Source of the DNA: an uncultured Thermofilaceae archaeon
GTDB taxonomy: Archaea; Thermoproteota; Thermoprotei; Thermofilales; JAPDKD01
Assembly: GCA_964587325.1 (NCBI GenBank)
Contig: CAZPLI010000001.1
Coordinates: 1-40,515 of the forward strand
DNA length: 40,515 bases
Direction: 5' to 3'
In this document: positions 1 through 9,614 of the stretch, one piece after another
How the letters are laid out: every line of letters begins with the position of its first letter
Position numbering within the stretch: position 1 is the first letter of the stretch
Position numbers and translations under genes: made by a program
Notes under the pieces: generated by a model
Databases searched by the model: none
Told to the model about the DNA's origin: nothing
What the model saw: the letters and a program-made list of their open reading frames with translations, nothing else

Positions 1-726
1 TTCGGCCGGTATATGCCGAATCGCCCGGTCACGGAGAACATAGATCTTCCTGTTACCATCCTATCCAGATTTGACCTTATCTTTGTCATTACAGACAGGC
101 CAAATAAGGAGGAGGATAGAAAACTAGCAGAATACGTGCTGGACTTCCACAGGAACAAGTACCCAGAGTTAATGGATAATCTAATACCTCCAAGTCTCTT
201 GAAAAAATACATAGCATACGCGAGAAAATACGTAAAGCCTAAGCTATCTGAAGAAGCTAAAAGAAAACTTGTAGACTTCTACGTCGCTATGCGCGCGAAA
301 AGTGAGGGCCCAGACTCCCCCGTGGCTATCACGCCTAGACAGCTCGAGGCCCTCGTAAGACTTGCCGAGGCACACGCTAAAATGGCCCTTAGGGACGTAG
401 TTACGGAGGAGGACGCTGAGGCTGCAATCGAGCTAATGACTTACTTCTTAAGGAGCGTTGGAGTAGATGTTGAGACCAAGAAGATAGATATTGACGTCAT
501 AATGACCGGGCACTCAAAATCACAGCGTGAGAAGGTAATCATAATCCTAGACCTAATCAAGCAGATGGTCGAAGAGCGAAACGGTGAACCCGTCAAGAAG
601 ACCGATGTTATCCAAGCAGCCGCTGAGCGAGGCATAGACGAAGAATTCACAAGGAAAGTAATAGAGCGACTACTAGACAACGGTGAACTTATGGAGCCTC
701 GACCAGGTTACATAAAGAAGGCCTAG
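1..726 (+). CDS. mcm: MCM replicative helicase, C-terminal part (5' truncated by the window edge)
   Basis: Frame is open from base 1 (FGRYMPNR...). It contains the ILSRFDLIF arginine-finger motif, the ITPRQLEALVRLAEAHAK sensor-2 motif and a C-terminal winged helix. Confidence 0.97.
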   Translation, partial: FGRYMPNRPVTENIDLPVTILSRFDLIFVITDRPNKEEDRKLAEYVLDFHRNKYPELMDNLIPPSLLKKYIAYARKYVKPKLSEEAKRKLVDFYVAMRAKSEGPDSPVAITPRQLEALVRLAEAHAKMALRDVVTEEDAEAAIELMTYFLRSVGVDVETKKIDIDVIMTGHSKSQREKVIIILDLIKQMVEERNGEPVKKTDVIQAAAERGIDEEFTRKVIERLLDNGELMEPRPGYIKKA

Positions 727-740
727 GCAAGCAGGAAGCA

Positions 741-2939
741 ATGTTGAGGGTAGACCAGCTCCCGCTCCCTCAAAGTCTCAAAGAGGCCCTCGTGAGACGA
801 GGTTATGTAACTCTCTACCCACCTCAGGAAGCCGCCGTTCGCAGCGGAGTACTAGAGGGCGAGAATCTCCTTCTGTGCTCTCCCACAGCCTCAGGAAAAA
901 CGCTGATCGCGCAAATGCTCGCATTTAAACGCGTACTCGAGGAAGGAGGTCTCGCTCTCTACCTAACCCCTCTACGTGCACTAGCATCAGAGAAGTACGA
1001 GGACTTTAAGAGCTTAGGAGACGAGCTAGGCTTAAGGGTGGCACTCTCTGTAGGCGATTACGACTCGGCTGATCCCTGGTTAGATAAGTACGACGTTGTC
1101 GTCGCAACTAACGAGAAAGCCGATAGCCTTCTTAGGCATAAACCAGCATGGCTGAGTAAACTAAGGGTTATTATACTTGACGAAGTACACCTAATTAACG
1201 AAAATAAACGTGGACCCACCCTTGAAATGATCGTCGCGAGGCTGAAGAACTTACCAAACCCTCCACAGATCCTAGCACTCAGTGCTACTGTGCGAAACGC
1301 CGACGAGATAGGAGAATGGCTAAACGCGCGTGTTGTAAAGAGCGATTGGAGACCTGTAGAGTTAAGAGAAGGAGTATACTTTGAAGGCGACCTTGAGTTC
1401 AATAATGGTGTGACTAAATACATTGAACCAAGATTAGGACCTATAACAGACTTAACACTTGATTGCCTCGACGAGAACGGTGAAGTACTAATATTTGCGC
1501 CTACTAGGAGAAGCGCTGTTAGCTGGGCGCGTAGGCTCTCTAAATACGTCCCATCACATTGCGAAAAATCTGAGAGAAAACTCTGCAAAGCACTCGCAGA
1601 GAAACTCTTGACAGCCGAGAACAACATCGTAACACGTCAGCTCGCAGAACTCGTAGCCAAAGGCGTAGCGTTTCATCACGCAGGCCTTTCTTATGGCGTA
1701 AGAAAGCTTATCGAAGAAGGATTTAGAAAGAGTATAATCAGAGTCGTAGTAGCTACTCCAACACTAGCTGCCGGCGTTAATCTCCCAGCTAGACGCGTAA
1801 TAATAGCAGACTACAAACGGTACAATGTTGAGCTAGGGTTCTACGAGCGCATCTCGGTCATGGAGTACAAGCAGATGGCAGGGCGTGCAGGGAGACCTCA
1901 GTATGATGAGTACGGCGAATCCGTCCTGATAGCTAAGACCCTTGAAGAGAGGGATTTCCTTTGGGAGGTCTATGTTGATGCTTCTCCCGAGCGCGTAACA
2001 TCTAAGCTCGCATCAGAGCCCGTGCTCAGAGCTCACCTACTAGCAACGGTAGCTAGCGGATATGCTAACACAATAAACGACGTAACCAGAGTGTTTTCCT
2101 CCACACTGTTCGCACACCAATTCGGACTCTTTGGGCTAGAAACCTCTCTTCGTGAGGCACTTAGGTTCCTCAGAGAGAATGGAATGATTGTAGAGAAGGA
2201 AGGCGGCCTCGTAGCCACAGAACTCGGTAAACGTGTCTCATCTCTCTATATCGATCCGCGCTCGGCTGCAATTATCGTGAAAGGTCTCCGGTCCAAGCCT
2301 CGTAGCGTACTGGCTTATCTTCACTTAATCACTGCTACTCCCGATATGCCTAAGCTATATCTCCGAAGAAAAGAGTCAGAGAAATATGAGGAGCTGGCCG
2401 AAGAGCTGGAGGGAGAGCTACTACTTGAGCCTCCATCGAACCCCTACGACTACGAATTCTTCTTAGCAGAGCTCAAGACTGCACTCTTGCTGTACGACTG
2501 GATCGAGGAAAAAACTGAGGACGAACTGATAGAAAAGTACGGTGTGGGGCCTGGCGACATTTACACGTTAACTCAAACGGCCGAGTGGTTAGCTTATGCA
2601 GCCTCGGAGATCGCCGCCACGCTAGGTTACATGGAGCATTATACCCCATTGAGAACACTTAGAGCTAGAATAAAGCATGGCGTGAAGGAGGAACTTCTAG
2701 AGCTGGTCTCCATAAGAGGTATCGGGCGAGTAAGAGCAAGAGCTCTCTATAACAGTGGCATTAAGACCCTGAGAGATCTGCTTGAGGTGAGTATAGAAGA
2801 GCTAGCGCGTATACCGACTATAGGTCCTAAGCTAGCTGAGCGAATAAAAGCTGAGCTGACGGGACAGACAAATGCTAGTGACCGTGCTGATCTAAGAGAA
2901 GAAAGTGAGAAACAAGTAACACTGGAAGATTTCTTCTAA
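741..2939 (+). CDS. hel308: Hel308/Hjm Ski2-like SF2 DNA helicase
   Basis: Motifs PTASGKT, DEVH, SAT, FHHAGL and QMAGRAGRP, plus a C-terminal HhH region (GIGRVRARALY). Confidence 0.95.
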   Translation: MLRVDQLPLPQSLKEALVRRGYVTLYPPQEAAVRSGVLEGENLLLCSPTASGKTLIAQMLAFKRVLEEGGLALYLTPLRALASEKYEDFKSLGDELGLRVALSVGDYDSADPWLDKYDVVVATNEKADSLLRHKPAWLSKLRVIILDEVHLINENKRGPTLEMIVARLKNLPNPPQILALSATVRNADEIGEWLNARVVKSDWRPVELREGVYFEGDLEFNNGVTKYIEPRLGPITDLTLDCLDENGEVLIFAPTRRSAVSWARRLSKYVPSHCEKSERKLCKALAEKLLTAENNIVTRQLAELVAKGVAFHHAGLSYGVRKLIEEGFRKSIIRVVVATPTLAAGVNLPARRVIIADYKRYNVELGFYERISVMEYKQMAGRAGRPQYDEYGESVLIAKTLEERDFLWEVYVDASPERVTSKLASEPVLRAHLLATVASGYANTINDVTRVFSSTLFAHQFGLFGLETSLREALRFLRENGMIVEKEGGLVATELGKRVSSLYIDPRSAAIIVKGLRSKPRSVLAYLHLITATPDMPKLYLRRKESEKYEELAEELEGELLLEPPSNPYDYEFFLAELKTALLLYDWIEEKTEDELIEKYGVGPGDIYTLTQTAEWLAYAASEIAATLGYMEHYTPLRTLRARIKHGVKEELLELVSIRGIGRVRARALYNSGIKTLRDLLEVSIEELARIPTIGPKLAERIKAELTGQTNASDRADLREESEKQVTLEDFF

Positions 2940-4147
2940 TCCTCCAAGCTATTAGGAACCCTATGTAATATCGGTTTTAGATACATTTTTCTCCATAATG
3001 CCTCACAAATCTCTCCAATTTCCCAACCTCCTGTATATTTTGGTATAAGAAACAGTAACTCTATAGGAGCTTTAAGAGCTAGGAGAGCTAGAAGATTTTG
3101 CACTGTAGCCTCCATTTGCATCGGCACAACTACTTGGAATCCAACGATAGTCTGAGCGGTACGACTCGCTACGAGTTTTATCAAGCCTACTCTATCGCCT
3201 CCTTCTTTTATAGATATTTTAATTGAAGTGATATTGTCGGAACTTTGGCTAAGCTCTGAAAATCGCGCACCGCATGAGGCAAGCACGTAGCCTCTCACTC
3301 TGGCTATCTTAAAGGGAGGAGGCAGAGGAAGCCTTTGTCTTAATAGTCTCAGTGCCGCTACTAATCCCTCCTTGTAGGCTAATTCGTCGTCTATACCCCA
3401 TAGTAAGCCCAGGGGAGTCTTAACAGTTGACGCCCCACCTATCACCAAAATGTTTCTATTCACCTCCAGATCTCTGTAAGGACCTTCGACTAAGCCCCTT
3501 GGTAAGCGAGGCTCTTCTAACCCGAAAACTATGCCCTGACCCTTGGGCGCGCTCACAGGCTCGACAATCTTTAACTCACCAACTACTCTCCTTGCGTATA
3601 ATGCCACGTCGGAGTCAAACACTTCCTCAAAGGGATCTACAGGGGAACATATCACTGGCGTAAGTCCAATTCCTTCGAGAGGATCAACCATATTTAAGCC
3701 ATAAAAGCCTCCGTAGACATATACCTCGCCCTCCCAGCTTTCAATATACTCCCTAGCCTGGATAGCCTCCTTAATGTTTAGAGCTGAGACCCGCGCTAAC
3801 CTAGCTACGTCGCGCCTTGGTTGTGTGCCGGTTGACACAACAACAACGCTAGGCTCTAATTTCTCATCGTCTAGCTTTAAGCTGCCACGTTCGACGGCCG
3901 CTTTTGCAGGGTCCGCACGGTAAACCTTAGATAAGAACACAAGTTCCGCCGCGTCTAGCGAGAAATGAGGAACATCGTTAGGAGACTCTAGACCACATGC
4001 TACCCATGGTAGGCATCTGCGAGGTACTCCGAGCTGCTCGGAGTCGGTTATGATCGTCACCTCTGCCCTAACATCGGAAGCCCTAAACCACTTGAGGAAG
4101 CTTAAGGCTGCTAAGTCGCTACCCAAAACCACTATTTCTTTAAGCAT
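2936..4147 (-). CDS. Degenerate pyridine nucleotide-disulfide oxidoreductase-like protein (NADH oxidase/CoA-disulfide reductase fold)
   Basis: N-terminal Rossmann-like strand IVVLGSDLAA, VVSTG motif and a dimerisation-domain-like C-terminus (IKLVAS...IVGFQVV). The dinucleotide-binding glycines are eroded. Confidence 0.55.
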   Translation of the reverse strand: MLKEIVVLGSDLAALSFLKWFRASDVRAEVTIITDSEQLGVPRRCLPWVACGLESPNDVPHFSLDAAELVFLSKVYRADPAKAAVERGSLKLDDEKLEPSVVVVSTGTQPRRDVARLARVSALNIKEAIQAREYIESWEGEVYVYGGFYGLNMVDPLEGIGLTPVICSPVDPFEEVFDSDVALYARRVVGELKIVEPVSAPKGQGIVFGLEEPRLPRGLVEGPYRDLEVNRNILVIGGASTVKTPLGLLWGIDDELAYKEGLVAALRLLRQRLPLPPPFKIARVRGYVLASCGARFSELSQSSDNITSIKISIKEGGDRVGLIKLVASRTAQTIVGFQVVVPMQMEATVQNLLALLALKAPIELLFLIPKYTGGWEIGEICEALWRKMYLKPILHRVPNSLED

Positions 4148-4189
4148 CAGTAAGTAGTGAGCCTAGGGCGGTAAAAGGGGAGTGGTAAC

Positions 4190-5404
4190 TTGCCGACTCT
4201 GCCCCAAGTAGGCCTCGTGGGCAAGCCTAACGCCGGGAAGTCAACGTTCTTTGCAGCAGCTACTTTAATGGAAGTTAAGATAGCACCTTACCCCTTCACG
4301 ACGATAGAGGCTAACAAGGGAATAGCCTATGTTAGACTGGAATGCGTTTGCAAAGAGTTCCAAGTGAAGGACAATCCAAGAAACTCCCTCTGTATTAACG
4401 GATGGAGGTTTGCTCCCATAGAGTTGATAGACGTTGCCGGTCTTGTGCCCGATGCATGGAAAGGTCGGGGACTTGGCAACAGGTTTTTAGATGAACTTAG
4501 ACGGGCTAGCGTGCTAATTCATGTAGTGGACGCTTCAGGCAGTACCGACGCCGAAGGCAACCCAGTGAAGCCCGGATCCCGTGACCCCTTACTGGACGTC
4601 GAGTTCTTAGAGAGGGAAATCGACATGTGGATCTACCAGATACTGAGCAAGGACTGGGATAGAACAGCTAAGTTAATAGACGTTCTGAGAAGTGACCCCG
4701 CCGAGGAACTTGCTAAGCGCTTAAGCGGGTTAGGTGTGACTCGCGCCCACGTCGAAAAAGCGCTAGAAGACTCGGGACTTCAGGGCAAGAAAGCCGCTTC
4801 ATGGACTCAGAGCGATCTCCAAGCGTTCGCTAGCGCTGTAAGAAGGTACTCAAAGCCTATGGTAATTGCTGCAAATAAAGCAGACCTAGATGTAGCAGAA
4901 GACAACATTAAGAGGCTATCTAAGGAACTTAAGGGAAAGTACGTCGTCGTGCCAACCTCAGCTGAGGCCGAGCTGGCCCTGCGTCGAGCTGCTGCTAAAG
5001 GTCTGATCGAGTATCTTCCGGGCGATAGTGACTTCGTAATTAAGTCTAATGTCACCCCTAAACAGGCAAAAGCGCTCGAATACATACGTGAAAAAGTGCT
5101 CAAGAGATGGGGGTCAACAGGAGTGCAGGAAGCCATAAATAGAGCAGTCTTCAACGTACTAGGCTACGTAGCTGTTTTCCCCGTGGAGAACGAGCACAAG
5201 CTTACTGACCATGAAGGTAGGGTATTGCCGGATGTCTTTCTAATGCCTCCCGGCTCTACAGCTAGAGACCTCGCCTTCGCAATACACACAGAGCTCGGTG
5301 AGCGCTTCGCTTTCGCAATCGACGTGAGGACCAAAAAGAGACTCTCAGGAGACTACAGGTTAAGGCATAGGGATGTGCTCAAGATCGTCACGTCGCCGCA
5401 CTGA
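4190..5404 (+). CDS. ychF: Archaeal YchF/Obg-family NTPase with TGS domain
   Basis: GKPNAGKST, YPFTT, DVAGL and ANKAD motifs, and a C-terminal TGS domain (TARDLAFAIHTELG). Confidence 0.93.
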   Translation: MPTLPQVGLVGKPNAGKSTFFAAATLMEVKIAPYPFTTIEANKGIAYVRLECVCKEFQVKDNPRNSLCINGWRFAPIELIDVAGLVPDAWKGRGLGNRFLDELRRASVLIHVVDASGSTDAEGNPVKPGSRDPLLDVEFLEREIDMWIYQILSKDWDRTAKLIDVLRSDPAEELAKRLSGLGVTRAHVEKALEDSGLQGKKAASWTQSDLQAFASAVRRYSKPMVIAANKADLDVAEDNIKRLSKELKGKYVVVPTSAEAELALRRAAAKGLIEYLPGDSDFVIKSNVTPKQAKALEYIREKVLKRWGSTGVQEAINRAVFNVLGYVAVFPVENEHKLTDHEGRVLPDVFLMPPGSTARDLAFAIHTELGERFAFAIDVRTKKRLSGDYRLRHRDVLKIVTSPH

Positions 5405-5420
5405 ATAGGGTGTACAGCGT

Positions 5421-6290
5421 ATGGGAGCATTAGTCGAGCTGAAGAACGTATACTTCCGCTATCAGGGCTCGCGAGATTACGCTCTGAAGCGGCTTAACTT
5501 CGTAATGAACAGAGGAGAATACGTGCTCTTAACTGGTCCCTCGGGATGCGGCAAGAGTACGCTATGCCGCCTTCTCAACGGGCTAATACCCCACTTTTAT
5601 AGCGGAGAACTCAAGGGGGACGTGCTAGTTGCTGGCTACGACGTTAAGCAGACGCCGACACACGTACTAGCCAAACACGTAGGCTTAGTGTTCCAAAACC
5701 CCGAAAACCAGCTGTTTTTATCTAGTGTCGAGCGCGAGTTAGCGTTCGGCCTAGAGAACTTAGGCGTGCCAGAACACGAAATCAGAGAAAAAGTCGAGTG
5801 GGCTCTTAGATTCTTCGGACTAACCCATCTAAGGGAAAAACCACCCTACCTACTAAGCGGAGGACAGCAGCAGAAAGTCGCAATAGCGTCAGTAGTCGTG
5901 ATGGAACCTGATCTCCTAGTACTAGACGAGCCCACCGCGAACCTCGACCCAGTAAGTGCAGAAGAGATACTAGGTCTCCTCGACAGACTACGAAGCGAAC
6001 AAAACATCTCAATCTTGCTAGTCGAGCATAGGCTTGAAATAGCATTAGCATACGCCGATAGACTAGTCATAATGCTCGATGGAAGCATCGTAAAGGATGG
6101 AGCCCCCCGAGAAGTCATACTCAGCAGAGAAGCAGGTTACATTGGAATACCTCCCGTAGTCGAGACATACAAGTTATTAACTAGCACCGGAGTCGCGCTC
6201 ACCAGAGTCCCCTTAACCCCCCTCGAGCTAGCTGAGGAATTAGAGACGGTGGTACTACGTGAACGCAGGAGATATAGTGATCAGCATTGA
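5421..6290 (+). CDS. ecfA1: ECF transporter ATPase subunit
   Basis: Walker A GPSGCGKST, ECF-type Q-loop FQNPENQLF, signature LSGGQ and Walker B LDEPT. Confidence 0.9.
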   Translation: MGALVELKNVYFRYQGSRDYALKRLNFVMNRGEYVLLTGPSGCGKSTLCRLLNGLIPHFYSGELKGDVLVAGYDVKQTPTHVLAKHVGLVFQNPENQLFLSSVERELAFGLENLGVPEHEIREKVEWALRFFGLTHLREKPPYLLSGGQQQKVAIASVVVMEPDLLVLDEPTANLDPVSAEEILGLLDRLRSEQNISILLVEHRLEIALAYADRLVIMLDGSIVKDGAPREVILSREAGYIGIPPVVETYKLLTSTGVALTRVPLTPLELAEELETVVLRERRRYSDQH

Positions 6291-7113
6291 AAACATCTAC
6301 TACAAGTATGATGATGGAACGGAAGCCCTGAGAGGTGTGACTCTAAGAGTCAAACGGGGCGAAATCGTAGCTCTAATGGGTGAGAACGGGGCTGGGAAGA
6401 CAACGTTAGTGAAGCACATTAATGGCCTACTCAAGCCTCAGCGCGGAAAGGTAGTAGTGCTCGGCATGGATACGAGACATACTCCGGTATCGAGACTGGC
6501 ACGTGTCGTAGGCATGGTCTTTCAGAACCCGGACTTCCAGTTATTTGGTGAAACTGTAGAGGAAGAGATAAAAATTGCGTTAAAAAACTTCGGGTTCCCT
6601 CCCTCAGTAATAGAAAAGAGAGTGGAGTGGGCATTGAAAATTTTTGGTCTGCATAAATATAGGGATAGATCTCCCTATACTTTAAGTATTGGAGAGAGAA
6701 AAAGGTTATGTATAGCATCTATACTAAGTTATGACCCGGAGATAGTAATACTTGATGAGCCAACAGCAGGCCAAGATTTTCTACAAAAAGAGAAAATAGC
6801 CGAGATACTATACATGCTGAAACACCAAGGCAAAACAGTGATCATAGTGACCCACGATGTGGAGTTTGCCCTAAAGCGCAGTGACAGAGTAGTGATAATG
6901 AAAGAAGGACAAATAGTCGCCGACGGCCCTACGAGGGAGGTTCTGGGCAGAGTCGACCTTCTACTTCAGGCCAGACTAAAGCCTCCTCAAATAGCTGAGG
7001 CAGCGCACATCTTGTCTAGAAAAGGTCTACTGGCACGTAACGAGTTGCCTCTTACACCCCACGAACTAGTTAGAGTGCTACCAATAGTTGGTGATAATCA
7101 TGGAAACCCTTAG
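6259..7113 (+). CDS. ecfA2: ECF transporter ATPase subunit
   Basis: GENGAGKT, FQNPDFQLF, LSIGE and LDEPT motifs; tandem with ecfA1 and ecfT. Confidence 0.9.
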   Translation: MNAGDIVISIENIYYKYDDGTEALRGVTLRVKRGEIVALMGENGAGKTTLVKHINGLLKPQRGKVVVLGMDTRHTPVSRLARVVGMVFQNPDFQLFGETVEEEIKIALKNFGFPPSVIEKRVEWALKIFGLHKYRDRSPYTLSIGERKRLCIASILSYDPEIVILDEPTAGQDFLQKEKIAEILYMLKHQGKTVIIVTHDVEFALKRSDRVVIMKEGQIVADGPTREVLGRVDLLLQARLKPPQIAEAAHILSRKGLLARNELPLTPHELVRVLPIVGDNHGNP

Positions 7114-7840
7114 GGGCTTTATGTTTATACCTAAAAAGACCCTGCTTCACTCTCTCGACCCAAGAGCCAAGGCCGTGATGCTGGTCTTCTACACTGTAGC
7201 ATCAATCATTCTGATATCCCCTTTAGCGCAGCTAGCCCTGCTTCTCTCGACGGTACCCCTCGCAGCTCTCGCTAAAGGCTTGAAGCGGTGGTGGAGTACT
7301 CTCAAGGCAGCACTCTTACTAGCGACTATGATCTTAGTGATGAATATTATTATAAGTCCAGAGTATGGAATAATTTATGCTACAGCAACAGCCTTACGGT
7401 TTTTGGTACTTACCTCTTCATTCTCTGTATTCTTTTTAACAACCACACCGGAAGACCTGGCGCTTGCGCTAGAATCTAGCGGGCTATCTAGGGATTATGC
7501 GCTTATGATTACGATGTCTTTGAGGTTTGTACCTACACTAGCTAGAGACTTGCAGATAGTAGTGGACTCCTTTAGGAGCAGAGGTTTGAAGCTTGACTCC
7601 GGCGGTATTAGAGACCGTATTAAGTCGTACGCCACTATACTTACACCGCTTATAGTGTTCGAAGTAAAGCGAAGTTTAATGGTTGCAGAAGCTTTAGAGG
7701 CACGAGGGTTTGGCAGTACTACAAAGAGAACACTCTATAAAAGACTAAGATTGACAGTAAGAGATTGCGCCTTTAGTTCTCTATGGCTTATAGCACTGGT
7801 GGCCGTGATAATCTTAAAAGCTTTGGGGATCTTAGTCTAG
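7100..7840 (+). CDS. ecfT: ECF transporter transmembrane T component (ATG at 7100 preferred over TTG at 7088)
   Basis: LHSLDPRAK start motif, TM helices, LRFVP and the two conserved SRG/ARG motifs. Confidence 0.9.
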   Translation: METLRGFMFIPKKTLLHSLDPRAKAVMLVFYTVASIILISPLAQLALLLSTVPLAALAKGLKRWWSTLKAALLLATMILVMNIIISPEYGIIYATATALRFLVLTSSFSVFFLTTTPEDLALALESSGLSRDYALMITMSLRFVPTLARDLQIVVDSFRSRGLKLDSGGIRDRIKSYATILTPLIVFEVKRSLMVAEALEARGFGSTTKRTLYKRLRLTVRDCAFSSLWLIALVAVIILKALGILV

Positions 7841-7975
7841 ACAATTATCGCCCATTCTCCTCAGCTTAAGCAACACTTATTGATTGCTAATTAAACCATT
7901 GTTAGCTTACAACAGACTTATGGGTGTGCGCACTTTATTTAGCCGAACATACTACATATAACCCGGTGCTAGGCT

Positions 7976-8230
7976 TTGGTCGTCGCATACGTCCTTGTAT
8001 CAACAGAGATAGGTGCTGAAGGAAAAGTGCTGGAGCACTTAGAGAAATTCCCTGAAATCGAAGAGGCCTATATAATCTATGGTATATACGATATAATAGC
8101 GAAAATTAGCCTAGAGGACGAAACTAAGTTACGTGATATTATAATGAGAATTAGGAGGTTAGACGGTGTTAAATCGACATTAACGATACAGGTCGTAAGG
8201 GGCTTTTCGAGAGGGAAAGGAGGCACTTAA
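7976..8230 (+). CDS. Stand-alone Lrp/AsnC ligand-binding (RAM) domain protein
   Basis: AYVLV...IYGIYDIIAKI...IRRLDGVKSTLT pattern in 84 aa with no HTH. Confidence 0.85.
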   Translation: MVVAYVLVSTEIGAEGKVLEHLEKFPEIEEAYIIYGIYDIIAKISLEDETKLRDIIMRIRRLDGVKSTLTIQVVRGFSRGKGGT

Positions 8231-8255
8231 ATGATAGTCTGTCTGGGGACTAAGC

Positions 8256-9608
8256 GTGGCCTTAGAGGTCCATATAGGCTTAGACGACGTAGACTCGCCA
8301 GTTGGAATGTGTACAACTTATGTTGGCGCTCTCCTGTATAGAGAGCTTCTAGATAAAGGCTTAAGCCCGTTAGATTTACCATACCTAGTGCGTTTAAATC
8401 CTAATATCCCCTTCAAGACCAGAGGCAACGGCGCGGTTTCTCTTCACTTTGTTATTCCTAGAGAAAAACTGAAGTGGCTTAAGCAAGTAGTGGCAGACGT
8501 CCTTGATAAATACGCAGAGCACCACGGGAAGACGAGTCCGGCCGCTGTCATAGCTACAGCCGTACCCGAGCAACTCAGGAGACTTTACGTAAAAGCCCTC
8601 ACCGACACCGTGCCTCTGAGGTATGCCCGCGATTTAGCTGAGGATCTGCAAGCTCAGGGGTTATTGGACGTAGTTAGGTTTGGCAGAGGCCTTATAGGTG
8701 CTCTAGCCTCAATAGGAGCCTTTCCCTTACCTCAGTATACGTACGAGCTCCTGTTGTATAGAAACCCCTCGGAAACAGGACCTCGTCCCTCAGAGTACGA
8801 TGAGATACTTCGGATAGACCGAGCAACACGTCCCCTAACGTTCGCTAACATAGACTTTGAAAGGCGCAGGGTTCTGGCATTACCTCACGGACCAGACCCT
8901 GTGATTGCAGGTATTAGAGGTTTTGACTACTCCCTATTGGTTGATTTGTCGAGAAAATATACAAATAGATGGAGGTGTGAGCTTTGGGCAGTGTTTAAGA
9001 CAAACCAAGGTATAGGTATTCATCTGAGGAGATACATCGAATTGCGTAATATAAGGCCCTATCAGTCAGTTAGAGTAATGGGGTACTTGGACTCAAACCC
9101 TAAAATAATCAGAGGAGGCCATGTGATCTTCAAGCTGAGGTGGCGCGACTTTACAGTCACTTGCGCTGTATACAAGGAGACAGGTAGTCTTAACCGCACG
9201 GCCAGACTCCTGCGTAAGGGGGACTTAATTGAGGTTATGGGTGGTGTCAGTCCTCCAGGAAAACGCGAACTCACAATAAACGTAGAAGTCATAAGGGTGC
9301 TGAAAGTCCAGCCTATAGTTACTCGCATATATCCTCCCTGTCCAAGATGCGGAAAGCCTATGACATCTGCCGGGAGAAACAAGGGGCTCAAGTGTAGGAA
9401 GTGCGGATTTAGATGTCAGTCTATGACGCCTAAGGAGCAAATTGAGCCGAGGATTCTTGAGCCGGGACTCTACATACAGAGCCCACGGGCCTACAGACAC
9501 TTGAGCTTAACAGCGCGTTGCCTAGAGCTTACGGGCGGTTTAGGCGTGCTAAGCAAAGAAGCTAAAAAGCTAATGAATAAAAACGCCGCGCTCCTCGCTG
9601 GGAGTTGA
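8256..9608 (+). CDS. tiaS: tRNA(Ile2) 2-agmatinylcytidine synthetase
   Basis: IGLDDVDS.GMCTTY, LVRLNPNIPFKTRGNGAV, TNQG, an OB fold (GGHV) and a Zn ribbon CPRC...CRKC. Confidence 0.95.
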   Translation: MALEVHIGLDDVDSPVGMCTTYVGALLYRELLDKGLSPLDLPYLVRLNPNIPFKTRGNGAVSLHFVIPREKLKWLKQVVADVLDKYAEHHGKTSPAAVIATAVPEQLRRLYVKALTDTVPLRYARDLAEDLQAQGLLDVVRFGRGLIGALASIGAFPLPQYTYELLLYRNPSETGPRPSEYDEILRIDRATRPLTFANIDFERRRVLALPHGPDPVIAGIRGFDYSLLVDLSRKYTNRWRCELWAVFKTNQGIGIHLRRYIELRNIRPYQSVRVMGYLDSNPKIIRGGHVIFKLRWRDFTVTCAVYKETGSLNRTARLLRKGDLIEVMGGVSPPGKRELTINVEVIRVLKVQPIVTRIYPPCPRCGKPMTSAGRNKGLKCRKCGFRCQSMTPKEQIEPRILEPGLYIQSPRAYRHLSLTARCLELTGGLGVLSKEAKKLMNKNAALLAGS

Positions 9609-9614
9609 GCCTCC

